A stretch of 64,000 nucleotides of DNA. It comes from the human T2T-CHM13v2.0 reference genome, Homo sapiens. Where the stretch lies: assembly GCF_009914755.1 (NCBI RefSeq), contig NC_060925.1. One strand, 5' to 3'. How positions within the stretch are numbered: position 1 is the stretch's first letter; each line of letters begins with the position of its first letter. The position numbers and the translations under genes are program-made. Below the pieces are notes generated by a model. The model was not told the origin of the DNA and searched no databases. It worked only from the letters and a program-made list of their open reading frames with translations. Positions 13,221 to 27,530 of this stretch are shown here, piece after piece.

Positions 13221-15135
13221 CCATTTAATCTATTCATTTGCTTCTCCTTTAGTGACAAATAAGCAAATTATTTTTTTCTTTTTTTCTTTTCTTTTTTTTT
13301 TTTTACAAAACCTCTTGCGCTACCTGAATATTCTTAGAGTAAGGTACTAAAAATGGAGCTAAGTTGGAGTGAATCATCTAAATCATTCTGTATTAGTTGG
13401 CTTTGCTGCAGAGGACAGATCAAGAGAGCTGGCAGGAACCCATCACACCTCTTGAAGTTTCTGCTCAGACAAGGCACATGTTAGATCCCTGTACATCAAT
13501 CAGCACATCCCATGACTGAGCTCTTTCCATAAGAGAGGCAGAAATCACATGGCAGGGGTGGGGTGTGTAAGGGTAAGAGAAGGGGAGTGAATACTTGTGA
13601 GCAGTCATGCCACCTACCACACACACAAATGCTTTGCTGCCTGGGCCTTTGCACACTAGCCTCCATCTTTTCCACAGCCTTATAGGGCCTCTCAATTCAT
13701 GGTGATTTTTTTTTTTTTTTTCTGAAAGCGTTCAAACAAAAATCTCTTAACTGCCACAATGTTATGAAGACATCAGGGATGAACAAACCAAATAAACCAT
13801 GAAAAATCTGTCTCGTGGCAAAGCTAATTCCAAATTATAGCTAATTTGTTATTAAAAAGTTTAAAATAGCATGATGGGTCCGCCGTTGGATAGACATTTC
13901 CCATTCATAACGGTAGCATCACAAAAGCTTCCAATGCAGGGAGGCGAGTCCTTTCTTGGTCATAGGCTGAGCTGAAAGGAAAACGAAGCTCTGTTCCTTC
14001 CTTTGTGAACACTTCATCTAATCTAATCATTAGATAATTGCTCCCATGCATCCCTGGTAGAAATAATCCTGTTTTAGATGCTTATATTAGATACTTAACT
14101 ATTGCACTCTGTTTTATCTGTGCCAGCTAGTATTAGGGGTGGGGAAATGAACAGGATAGTCAAAACAGCTAAAAGTAGCAGATGAGAAGCTGAAAATAGC
14201 ATAGTTGCCTATTATATAACAAATAGACTTCCATCACGCAGCAATATGCACTATTTTCTTTTTCGCACACACACACTCAATTTACAGCCTCTAACACTTT
14301 TCTCCCATGGTTGAAGCTGTTTTTGGTGTGCTGCCATTGTCAGAGCACCAGCCCTGAACTGAGAAGGCCTTGCCAAGTAGAAGCCCCTTTGTGGCTTCAT
14401 GGCACCTTCCACTGTGCTGGCAGGTGCATGGGGAGCTGGAGGTGCAGGCTGCAGAAGGGACAGTTCATGCTTTGCCTCCCAGAACTTGGAAAACACTGGA
14501 ATTCCATTTTCTCCAGCAGTGGGCAAGGGGACCACTGCCAGAATGACATTAGGTGACCTCTCTGTGTTTCTTAGAGATAAAATTGAGGCATCTCAAATGG
14601 CATAATTTCACTCGGCTTACATTCTTATCACTACTGAATCGAAGTTGGGGTTTCCATTTTGTATGCAATGAAAATAAATGTGAAGTATCTTCTTAAGTTA
14701 AAGTATTGGGAGTCAGTGCTGACAGTGCTATAATATAAACTGCAGGACTTTTTATTGTTCTGGGAATAATAGCAATAATAGCAGATCAGCTAGCATTTGC
14801 TGGGCATCTGTGATAATTCAGAAACCGTGCTCAGCATGTCCATATATACATTTGAATCCTTTGAGAACCGCAGTTCCTCTGAGCCTCTAATGCACATTGC
14901 ACTCTTTCCCCTTTGATTGCCCAGTATGGCCAAGCATTCAAGTTCAAGGCACAAAGCTGTTGTTGCCAGAAGTAGCCAAGTTACTGTGTACATCTGGGGC
15001 CATAATTACACAAAAGTACAAAAGATCACACCTGGCTTGACAGTCGTTATCAGCCTCATTTTGAGCAGCAAGAGCGTGAAGCTCAAGACAGCCCTTGGTC
15101 TCCTTCTTCTCAGCCAAGGAGGGGCAGTTGGACCT

Positions 15136-15149
15136 CCTTATATGAGTCA
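15136..15149. promoter_or_regulatory. Overlapping CArG-like and AP-1 motif
   Basis: CCTTATATGA (CArG with one mismatch) overlapping TGAGTCA, in unique sequence. Confidence 0.3.
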
Positions 15150-15472
15150 CCGCCATGCCCTGCAGGACGCCTCACTGCCAGACACTCCAATCTGTTTGCA
15201 GTTCTCCACTCAGTCCTACTTAAAATTCTGATCAACTTTATTTACAATCGAGGGATCTTTTAAGCATTCACTAAATCTAGCATTTGCTAAATCTAATCAA
15301 TTCTCACTAATGCCTTGAAATGTTTTTTATGTGTCTTAGTATAATTTTCAAGCAGTTTTTTAGCATTTGGTCTCTTTTGGATTCAAGCATGGGATGCGAC
15401 ATATTTAAAAATCTTAGGAACAAACTTTTGAGTTTTAACCATTGTTTGCAACTCTTCAATAGAAAAAAATAG

Positions 15473-15844
<372 letters not shown>

Positions 15845-15960
15845 GAAAAATTACTTTCTTAATGCAGAGTAAATATAATATATTTTAGAAGAAAGACTTG
15901 GAAATGTCAGATGCTTAGTAAAGCTGAATAGTAATGAAAAGCATTAATAATTAAAGAAGC

Positions 15961-16603
15961 TTTTTTTTTCTTTTTTTCTTTTTATTATACTTTAAGTTCT
16001 AGGGTACATGTGCACAACATGCAGGTTTGTTACATATGTATACATGTGCCATGTTGGTTTGCTGCACCCATTAACTCGTCATTTACATTAAGTATATCTC
16101 CTAATGCTATCCCTCCACCATCCTCCCACCCCCTGACAGGCCCCGGTGTGTGATGTTCCCTGCCCTGTGTCCAGGTGTTCTCATTGTTCAATTCCCACCT
16201 ATGAGTGAGAACATGTGGTGTTTGGTTTTCTGTCCTTATGATAGTTTGCTCAGAATGATGGTTTCCAGCTACATCCACATCGCTACAAAGGACATGAACT
16301 CATCCTTTTTTATGGCTGAATAGTATTCCATGGTGTATATGTACCACACTTTCTTAATCCAGTCTATCAATCACTGATGGACATTTGGGTTGGTTCCAAG
16401 TCTTTGCTATTGTGAATAGTGCTGCAATAAATATATGTGTGCATGTGTCTTTATAGTAACAAGATTTATAATCCTTTGGGTATGTACCCAGCAATGGGAT
16501 CGCTGGGTCAAATGGTATTTCTAGTTCTAGATCCTTGAGGAATTGCCACACTGTCTTCCACAGTGGTTGAACTAGTTTACACTCCCACCAACTGTGTAAA
16601 AGC
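15961..16603 (-). mobile_element. L1PA (about PA4-7) 3' end, 5'-truncated
   Basis: 'ttattatactttaagttctagggtacatgtgcacaac'; ORF2 C-terminal remnant (LELEIPFDPAIPLLG). Confidence 0.93.
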
Positions 16604-16861
16604 TTAATATTGACTTTAACATTATCCCTACAGTAATTAAGAATTCTGCAGGTTAATCAAAAGCATTCATGTGTTGTAATGATACATCTGAAAACTTTGA
16701 CGTCTGACCAGGCATTCCGTTTCTTCTTTTTTAAATCTGTGTCTTCCACAACATGCTCACCAGAGATGAAAAGTACTTTTTAAATATATAGGCAAATAGC
16801 TATACCAATATTTGAGTAATGATTCTAGAAAATGACTTCAAATGGCATCATATTTGGGGCA

Positions 16862-17746
16862 TTTTTTTAAAATTTTACTTTAAGTTCCAGGATACATGTG
16901 TAGAACGTGCAGGTGTGTTACATAGGTATACATGTACCATGGTGGTTTGCTGCACCTATCAACCCATCATCTAGGTTTTAAGCCCCATATGCATTAGGCA
17001 TTTGTCCTAATGCTCTCCCTCCCCTTGTCCCCCATGGCCCAACAGGCCTCAGTATGTGTTGTTCCCCTCTCTGTGTCCATGTGTTCTCATTGTTCAGCTC
17101 CCATTTATGAGAACCTGTGGTGTTTGGTTTTCTGTTCCTGTGTTAGTCTGCTGAGAATGATGGCTTGCAGCTTCATCATCCACGTCCCTGCAAAGGACAT
17201 GATCTCATTCTTTTTTATGGCTGTATAGTATTCCATGGTGTATACATGCCACGTTTTCTTTATGCAGTCTATCATTGATGGGCATTTGGGTTGGTTCCAA
17301 GCCTTTGCTCTTATAAATAGTGCTGCAATAAATATATATATGCTTGTATCTTTATATTAGAATGATTTATAATCCTTTGGGTACATACCCAGTAATGGGA
17401 TCGCTGGGTCAAATGGTATTTCTGGTTCTAGATCCTTGAGGAATTGCCACGCTCTCTTCCACAGTGGTTGAACTAATTTGTACTCCCACCAACAGTATAA
17501 AAGTGTTTCTCTTTCTCCACAGCCTCTCCAGCATCTATTGTTTCTTGATTTTTTAATAATCACCATTCTGACTGGAGTGAGAGGGTATCTCATTGTGGTT
17601 TGGATTTGCATTTCTCTAATGATCAGTGATGATGAGCTTTTTTTCATGTTTGTTGGCCACATAAATGTCTTCTTTTGAGAAGTGTCTGTTAATATCCTTT
17701 GCCCACTTTTTGATGGGGTTGTTTTTCTCTTGTAAATTTGTTTAAG
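16862..17746 (-). mobile_element. L1PA8-like 3' end, 5'-truncated
   Basis: L1 3'UTR plus ORF2 C-terminal remnant (RCWRGCGE..LLYCWWEYKLVQPLW). Confidence 0.92.
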
Positions 17747-17808
17747 CATTTTTATAGTGCAAGGTAGCACAAATAGTATTGTGCATCTGGGGCCATAACC
17801 AGTGTTAA

Positions 17809-18126
<318 letters not shown>

Positions 18127-18993
18127 GAGCATTGATTTCTAATCCAACACTTCTTGCAATGATATTCCCTTTATCTGTGAAGAGGAATTTTTAAAAATCA
18201 AGCTGATGTAAGAAAAGAATCTAAAAGCCCATCTTCAGGCCTGCAGCTCTGGGGACAAAGGGCCCTGGTGAGTAGTTTTAACAGCTGTGATTTAAGACAG
18301 CATTTGTTCTGGAAGAGACAGTTATTCATTTACTCGCCTTGGTGATTTGAGTTAGCCAAGCAACCAGCTCAGTCCCCATAATGCTCACTCCTGTGAGGTT
18401 GATATCTCAGACACACTCTCTGAAGGCAGCCATCTGTGAGTTTGATGATGTCACAGGAAACAGAGCCAGAAGCAAAGATATGATATCATAGAGGACATGG
18501 AGCTTTCCCACTGAGAGTCTTCAGTGTTCATTTTACCAACAACTCTGAACTCTTACTGGATACCAGCCAGAGACGAATGATGTAGTGTCAATGAGCAAGA
18601 AACCACCCAAAGAGCAGTGCTCTCCTAGCCAGTTCCCAAACGCCTTCTAGGTAACTCGGTCCTGTTAAGTGGGACAGTAAAGGAGAACATTTTGTCCAAG
18701 ACTCAGAATTCACAATTATTCATCAAATGCCTTCTAATCGGTATTCCCGCTAAGCTTCACCCACAGCTCACATTTATACATTTTCAAAGGTGAATAGAGA
18801 AGATTTAGGGAGAAACTGTCAAGTCTGACTTTCTTCTTCCTCTTCCTCCACCAACCCAAGATCATTTTCTTCCCCTAGGGGCTGAAATAAATTATTATCA
18901 TTTAGCACCATATATGTACTGAAAACAGAGACAAGGAAAACAGAGATGAGGGAGAATTCTAGGGAAAGAATGAAGCTAAAGAAACTGAATTCC

Positions 18994-19265
18994 AGCTGGG
19001 CACAGTGGCTCATGCCTGTAATCCCAGTGCTTTGGGAGGCTGCGGTGGGAGCGTTACTTGAGGCCAGGAGTTCAGGATCAGCCTGAGCAACATAGCAAGA
19101 CCCCATCTCTACGAAAAAATTAAAAAATTATCCGAGCATGGTACTGCATACCTGTAGCCCCAGCTACTCAGGAAGCTGAGGTGGGAGGATCACTTGAGCC
19201 TAGTAGTTTGAGGTTTCAGGGAGCTATGAGCAACAGAGAAAGACTCCATCTCTTTAAAAACAAGA
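18994..19265 (+). mobile_element. AluJ with right-arm deletion
   Basis: Alu dimer lacking about 30 bp before the tail; flanking repeat gaattcca. Confidence 0.9.
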
Positions 19266-19644
19266 GAGAAATTGTGAATTCCAAGATTCACAATTCTGGT
19301 GATGGAGACTCTGTGTCTATGTGTACACGCATGTGTCCATGCATGCATTGCACACACTTGTCCTTTCTCAGCTTTCTTTTGGTTTGTAAGTGATCATCTG
19401 GTGATCTTCAAGGTGGCAGTGCCTTGTGCCAGATTCTAGGCATTGTGTTTTATAGCTTATTCTACTGAAATTTGAATAGGGGAATGTCTCAGAAAATAAT
19501 CCAGTGTGGCTCCTTTGTGTCACCATCCTATCCCGCCTCATATCTAGGACACAGTGTCAAGTGATGAGACCAACACTGCTCAGTTTAGAGCCTCACACCT
19601 GAGCCAGTCACTCACGTCCCTTCTTGCTACCCCAAATTATCCTG

Positions 19645-19985
19645 CTTGTATCAGCCAAATTGCCCAGTTCACGCTGATATAACAAACGACCCCCGAATCT
19701 CAACAATTAACAACAACATAAGCTTGTTTCTCACTTAAGCTCCATGTCCATTTTGAATGGGCTTCCTCCCTGCGCTACATCCAGGACCCGGGCTGACGGA
19801 TCATCCCCTGTCACATTTCAATGTCCAAAGCAAATCACGTGGCTGCTCTTGAGTTCACGTACTCAAGTATACTCCTCCCCCAGGAGGCGCTCTAAGTCCA
19901 TGGCTGCACCTGCTGTCAGTGAGGCCGGGAGGTATAGCCCACCCCAGGCAGGGCCAGCTAATGTTTGAGCAGCCAGACAGTCCAC
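19645..19985 (-). mobile_element. Old MaLR LTR (MLT1J/K-like)
   Basis: 'ataacaaacgacccccgaatctca...aacaac..aagcttgtttctcactt'. Confidence 0.5.
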
Positions 19986-20702
19986 ACGTTCCTCCAGCTG
20001 TTCCCAGCTCCTGACCGGTCCGGGCTTGTGCTGACTGCCCTGTCCCTAACCCAGTCTCTGTTTCTCAATCCCCCTTCTAGAATGCCAACAAAGTTATTTT
20101 CCTAAAGAACATCTCTCTGATCACGGTGACACTTCAGAGAAATTTTTCATCCTCTGCATTGTTCACATATTATAGTCAAAATTATTTGGCACGGCACTCC
20201 CCGCCTTCTCAGCTCCGGCATATACCTGCCTCTCCATTTTCATCTTGCACCACAACCCTCGGACCCCTCGTTCCCTAGTGACTCAGAACCACTTAGCGCT
20301 GCTGGGCCGGGAGCCGTGCAGTGTGTGATGAAGAACAGTCTCTGCAGTTCTGTGCTTCCGCGCACTAGCTCTGCAATCCTGAGCAAGGAGCTCCGCCGCT
20401 CTAGGGTCACACTGTTGACTCTAAAGACATTCAAGTCCCTGGTGAATGGGGATTTTAATAGTACCCAGTTCATGAGTTGTGATGGTAGTAAATGACTGGC
20501 TGTGTGAAAAAGTTTATGTCCATTCTTTATGCTCAATAAATAGGAACTATTGTTTTCTGTTGCTGGGACTATTTTCTAACTGCATCTTTCAGATTCACGC
20601 ATCTCTCTCTACCCAAGCCACTCCGTCCCCCTTGAAGCCTTCTCCTCTCCCCACCAGCCAAATCCAGCTCATCTCTACCTATTAAAGCCCTACTCATCTT
20701 TT

Positions 20703-21557
<855 letters not shown>

Positions 21558-23584
21558 CCTACTCATCTTTTAAGGTCCTTTATGATACCTAATTGAATAC
21601 TCAATGCCCCTGACTGGAATAATCAATTTTTCTGTGCTCACTTACCAATCTTTAATAACTGTCTGTGATTCACAGCTATTTAATAACCAGGTTTTATATT
21701 TGCATAACTCTTCAGGGCTTATGAAGTACTCTTGCATTCATTATTTTATCTCATCTTATGTAAATGTCTCTATCATGTCATTGCACCTATTTTGATGAAA
21801 TAGACATGTACCCCCTCCCTTCGAGTTGGGGGCATCAAGTTCAATGCCTCTTACATCGTGTGCTGCCAGGAACTGCTGCATGGGTGAGATCCTTTTGTAT
21901 AGAAAGCCATCTCCTGGGTGTGATTCAAGCCAGCTAAATAATGCTGTCATTCGATGCAGCTCAAGGGGCAGATGTTCCTGGCTCTAGGTAAAATAGAAAT
22001 TGTAGAACAAGGAGTGTTTTTTTAATGTAAGAGAATGTCATAATAGACTGATTTAAAAGCCTCCTTTGGGAGATGATAACTAAGGTATTTCAATATGCAA
22101 GTATTACCATAATAAAAGCTGAGTATTAAAAATATGATGAGATTTTCTTTGAAGGAAATAAATTAAACACGAGTTTACATTAGAATAGATTTATAAGCAT
22201 GATAATGTTCCCCTTTAGCATAAATTGGGGAAGATTATGTGTTGCCTAGGAATGCACTAGAAGAGTCAAAGTAGTATTGTTTAAAGGTCAGACAGATATA
22301 TATGAACATATGCACATGACATGAATCACCAATACCTGGTGATCTCCAATGTGTATTGAAAATTATCTGTCCATTGCTCCCTCCAGAGGACAAGGACACA
22401 CGCTGAGGACCTGACATTGGGTTGGGAGCCCAGGGAGAGGACTCAGAGGGGCAAGATGATTATCAGGAGTGGGAAGAGTTGGAGTTAAGTGCCGGCTGCG
22501 TCTTCAAAGTGATGCCGACAAACAGGCATTAAGACCATAAGGAGGAGTAAGATCTAGAAAGGTCACGAACTGAATATATTGAGAGACACAGTGGGAGCAG
22601 GAAGGAAGCGAGAAGGTCCAAGACACTTTCCAGAGAGCTAGTGTGTCTGGGGCATGTTTTGATTTGGCTTCCAGCTGTTGATGCATGTGTACAGCAGGGC
22701 CATGTTTTACCCTCTGCTGTCTCTGCATCACCTGGCGAAGGACAACAGAAGATTCAGGCGCTGAAAGCCACAGTTAATGTGGAATGAGCTCTTCAGGGTG
22801 AGGCTGACCAGGGGTGAAGCAGGGCTGAAGAGTCTCTGGGTTAGAAGGTGCTGGCCAGTTGCATGCCTGCTCTGAAAGTTAGCATCTTGGACGGTGGGTG
22901 AGGGATGAGAATGAGGTGAGGAATGGCGGAGGTGGAGCATTAGGAGTGCTGAGAACTGGAAATGAGCAAAAGCAGCATCAGAGACATAGCTGAGACTGAA
23001 TTCAGTGAGGGAAATGCATGAAGAGGGGATGATAGTTTGAGATCAAGTAAGAAAGGGCATTCCAGGCCAAGGAAAGAGCTTAAGAAAAGGCATGGGTATG
23101 CAAAGGCATGTTATGTCCAGGGAATTATAGTAGTTCCTTGGTGCTATGATGTAGGATCTGTGGAGAGAGAAGGAAAAGGACATATCTCTCTTTGCTTAAA
23201 TTTTCAATGTCTGGAGAGCAAGAACTTTCCATCACATTTCTTTCACTCTGTTGGAAAATCGGGGACACCGCAGTAGATTCGTAACTTGGGGGCCAGGTTC
23301 TAAAGGTAATTGAGCAAGTAAAAAATCACTGTAATCAAAGTTGCTCTTGAAAAATCAATTAAATTGTCCATAAAACACAGTAAATACACATCCAGCCTTG
23401 TGGTAAATTCCACACAAACATGTTTTTGTCCAGCACTAGAAGAGATTGATTTGTTGCAGTTGAACACAGAGTGAAGTCGTTGGTTTGCATTGATGTTTAT
23501 CAAGACACCATTAATAGAGAAAGAAGGCAAGCTAGAAGAAGGCAAGTAGAAGAAGATATTTAAAATACATACACCTCCAACAGG

Positions 23585-25672
23585 ACTTAAAAACATAAAT
23601 AGGCACTTTACAATAGAGGATATGCAGATGGCCAATACACATGAGAAGGTGCTCGACCTCATTGATCATCAGGGAAATACAAATTGAAGCCACAATGAGA
23701 TGTGTATACCTTTACCAGAATGGTTACAATTTAAAAGAAAGTAATACTACAATAGACTCAAAAACACCAAATACCTAGCAATACATTACACAAAAAATAT
23801 AGAAGACTTCTTGATGAGAACTACAAAACTACAAAAGATTGCAGAAAAATATTAGAGAAGACCTAAATAAATGAAAAGATACACCATGTTTATGGTTTGG
23901 AAGACTCAACATTTAGATGTCACTTCCCCAACATTGTTCCATAAAGTCAATGAAATCTCAGTCAAAATCCTGGAGGGCTTTTTAGGAGATTGACAAACAG
24001 ATTCTGAATTGAATGTGGAAATACAAAAGAACTCAGACTAGCCAAGAACAAAGTTAGATAACTACATTACCAGATTCCAAAAATTATAAATTTACGCTAA
24101 TTAGGACAGTGTAGTATTGGTGTTAGGATAGACAAATAGATAATAGAAAAGAATACAGCATTCATAAAAACATCCACACCTGCACTCACTTGATTTTTGA
24201 CAAAGGCACCAATACAATGCAATACGGAAAGAATGTTTTTTTAATTAATGATGCTGAAACAAATGAATATCCATATGGGGGGGAACTAACCTTGACCTAC
24301 ACCTGACCATAAACAAAAATTAATTCTAAATGATTCACAGACCTAAACATAAAAGCTAATACTATAAAACTTCCAGAGGAAAACATAAGAAAATATCTTT
24401 AATCTTCCTATGAAAGGACACAAACAGTGTAAGAAAGTAGTAAGTTGGTGTCATCAAATATAAAAACTCGAAGACACCATTTAGAAACACAAGCCATAAA
24501 CTGCAAGAAAATATTTACAATGTATACATCTGATGAAGGACTTACCCAGAACACATAATTAATTCCTTCAAATTAACAATAGGAATTCAAACAAGTTGAT
24601 TTTAAAATGGACCAAACAACCAAACAGGTATTTTACAAAATAAGTTATCCAAATGGCCAATAAGCATATGAAAATTTGTTCAACAATTGTTGCTATCAGG
24701 GAAATTCATACATAAATCACACTTTATACCACCACACACCCACACAGTAATTTTAATTTTTAAAAAACTCTCGGCCGGGTGCAGTGGCTCATGCCTGTAA
24801 TCCCAGCACTTTGGGAGGCCGAGGCGGGCAGATCATGAGGTCAGGAGATCGAGGCCATCCTGGCTAACACGGTGAAATCCCCGTCTCTAAAAAAAAAAAA
24901 AAAAAAAATTAGCCAGGCGTGGTGGCGAGCACCTGTAGTCTCAGCTACTTGGGAGGCTGAGGCAGGAGAATGGCGTGAACCCGGGAGGTGGAGCTTCCAG
25001 TGAGCCGAGAGATCGCGCCACTGTACTCCAGCCTGGGTGACAGAGAGAGAGAGACTCTGTCAAAAAAAAAAAAAAAAAAAGACCTCTCAGTACCAAGTGT
25101 GGGCAAGGAGGTGGAGCAAATGAAACTCTCATACACTGCTGGTAGAAGCATATATTGGCACCATCACTTTGTAAAGAAATGTTTTAAAGTGTTATTGAAA
25201 TTGAATGTATTTATGCCAAACAACCCAGAAATTCCACGCCAAAGTATAAACTAATGGAAATGCATGTATATGCAGGCCAAAAATAGGTACAAAATGCATT
25301 AGTCATAATAGTTAAAACGTGGAAGCAACCGAACTGATTTGTGACAACAGAATGGATAAAAAAAAGTTTATATATTCAGACACAGGAATACTATACAGGA
25401 TGAAAATGAAGACTGCCATTAAGTGGAACAACATAGAAAAACCTCACAAACAAAAACATACTATACAATTTTATGTTTATAAAGTTCAAAGAGAGACAAA
25501 GCTGATCTGCGATGTTAGAAGTGGGGATATTGGTTAACTTTGGGATGAAAGAGGGAATAGTTAAGAGGGGCATGAGGGGGCTTCTGAGGTTATGGTGATG
25601 TTCTATTTCTTGCCGTGTATGCTTAAAATTTGTCGTTTTCCTGTGTGCATATTATACTGAAATAAAAAGCTT
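23585..25672 (+). mobile_element. Old L1M (L1ME-like) ORF2/3'UTR fragments
   Basis: Degenerate ORF2 text ('ttgatttttgacaaaggcacc', 'cagatggccaatacacatgag'); ends with aaataaaaa. Confidence 0.8.
24773..25080 (+). mobile_element. AluY nested in L1M
   Basis: Y diagnostics; A-expanded linker; TSD-like aactctc/acctctc. Confidence 0.95.
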
Positions 25673-26664
25673 ATTAATGTTGTGGTAGGATCTCCTTAGG
25701 AAAATATGGGAAATAATTAAGTGAATATTTGCATATCTATGTTTCTGTTTCTTCTCCGTAGAGGTAGCTGGGCCCTGGAATTGTAATCTGAAGGTCATAG
25801 GAAGGCTGTGGCCCTACCCAGCTTCCATGGCACATCTGGCACCAAACTCATGAGCCCCTCACCCAGCCCCCCTTCCCCCCATCCCAGTCTCAGCAGCAGC
25901 TGTCTTCCTGCTTAACATCCTTATAGAGTATTTATGTACACGGTGTTGCTGAATAACTTAAGCCAAGGTCAAAAGTAAACCGGACATGGAACTTGAGTTA
26001 AAGACTGTGATGTTCATACATCCGTCTGAGCTCACAGTTGTAGCGAGCAAGGAAGGGATTCAACATCTCTCAGCATTGATGTTAGGGAGCACGTCGTAAA
26101 CAAACTAGAATCTGCAGCAAATTTAAAGATGCTGCTCACTGTGTGTCTTTCTCCTGATTGGAGTGAGGAGTCTGGAGGGGAGTAGCTTTTAATAGACCCA
26201 AAGACTAGAAAGCATTTGGCAGGTGACTGTGTTTCTGGGAGCCAGGCGTGTATTAGCCTAATTTAGAACAGATCACTTACCGCTTTTTTTAAAGAACTGT
26301 TGATGCTCAGCAAATAATAAGCGATAATAATAAGATTCTCTTGTGAAAACAAAGATTTTGTTTATTCTAGACTATGTATAAACTTCGGGGAGTGGAGTGG
26401 AGGAGAGGCTGTGCAGTTCTTTTCCCTAGAAGCAGCTGAGATGGGAAACATCACAAATATTGCCTAACACAGAAGTCAGAAAGAAAGTAATAGGAGGTTT
26501 GCAACATCTATTAATAGCAAATGAACTTACTTCATCTAACAAGATGGAAGTCAGATAAGATGGCTCAGGCAGTCAGATTCCCCTGCATGCTCTGTCTCTC
26601 TCTTCCCCGACCCTCACTCTCACTCCCCTTCTCTCCTTTTGAACATTTCCTCATATTATATAAC

Positions 26665-27290
26665 ATCCTGCTTCAACATGATTTGTAATTTCTGCCTCGT
26701 ACATTGCTAATTTAAATTATACCATTTTGTTACATATTTAGGGGTTTTAAATACTTCATTGCTATAAGCAATGTACAATAAGCACTAGTATACATCCATA
26801 ATTAGTTTCCTAAGATAATTTCTGGAAGTAGAATTGCTAAGAATATACAAAATTTCACATTTTTGGCATGTGCGGCCAAGTTTGCATCCAAAGGTTGGAC
26901 TTCCTACTAGTGCATAAGCATGCTCATTTCCCTGCACTTTCAGCAGCATTGTGTATTAACATTTTATCTAATCTTTGCAGTTTGATTCAAAAGAAACATT
27001 GTGTATTGCGATTTAAATATGTAAGTTTATATAAAACTTTTTCATATTTTTGGACCATATTTTTTAATTTATGGATTAACTCTTCAAATCATTTGCTCAT
27101 TTTTATTGCAGTGTCAATTTTTTATTGTTGAAATGTTAGATCTCTTTACATATTAAAAATCTATTCTGTGCTGCAAAAATGTTTATTTTGCATGGTTCTG
27201 GTAATTTTATTCATGGTGGTTTATGATTTCAATTCATGGTGTTGTATTTATAAAGAGCCTTCCCACTCCAAAATATGAACATTCCACGCA
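26665..27290 (-). mobile_element. Ancient L1ME fragment
   Basis: Degenerate reverse ORF2 end ('ttctggaagtagaattgct', 'tcatttgctcatttt'). Confidence 0.5.
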
Positions 27291-27310
27291 AAATTTCTAG
27301 TGGAAGCCAG

Positions 27311-27530
27311 AAACAGCAGCTAACAACTATTGAGTGCTGACTCTGTGCTGGACACTGTTCAAAGTGTTTAATCATTTAACACTCATAATACCTTGATGAG
27401 GTAAGCAACTATTATTGTGCCAGTTTTATAGATGAGGAAACTGTGGCACAGAGCGGTTGAGTAACTTGTCTAGGATCCAAAACTAGTAAGTAGTGAAGCT
27501 GGGATTTTAATGCAGTATGCCTGACTCTGC
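27311..27530 (-). mobile_element. MIR
   Basis: 'ttttatagatgaggaaactgtggcacagagcggttgagtaacttg'. Confidence 0.85.

Noticed and set aside
18300-18660. Exon-like unique segment ending in TAG|GTAACT
   Set aside because: The frames I checked contain stops and there is no convincing upstream acceptor.
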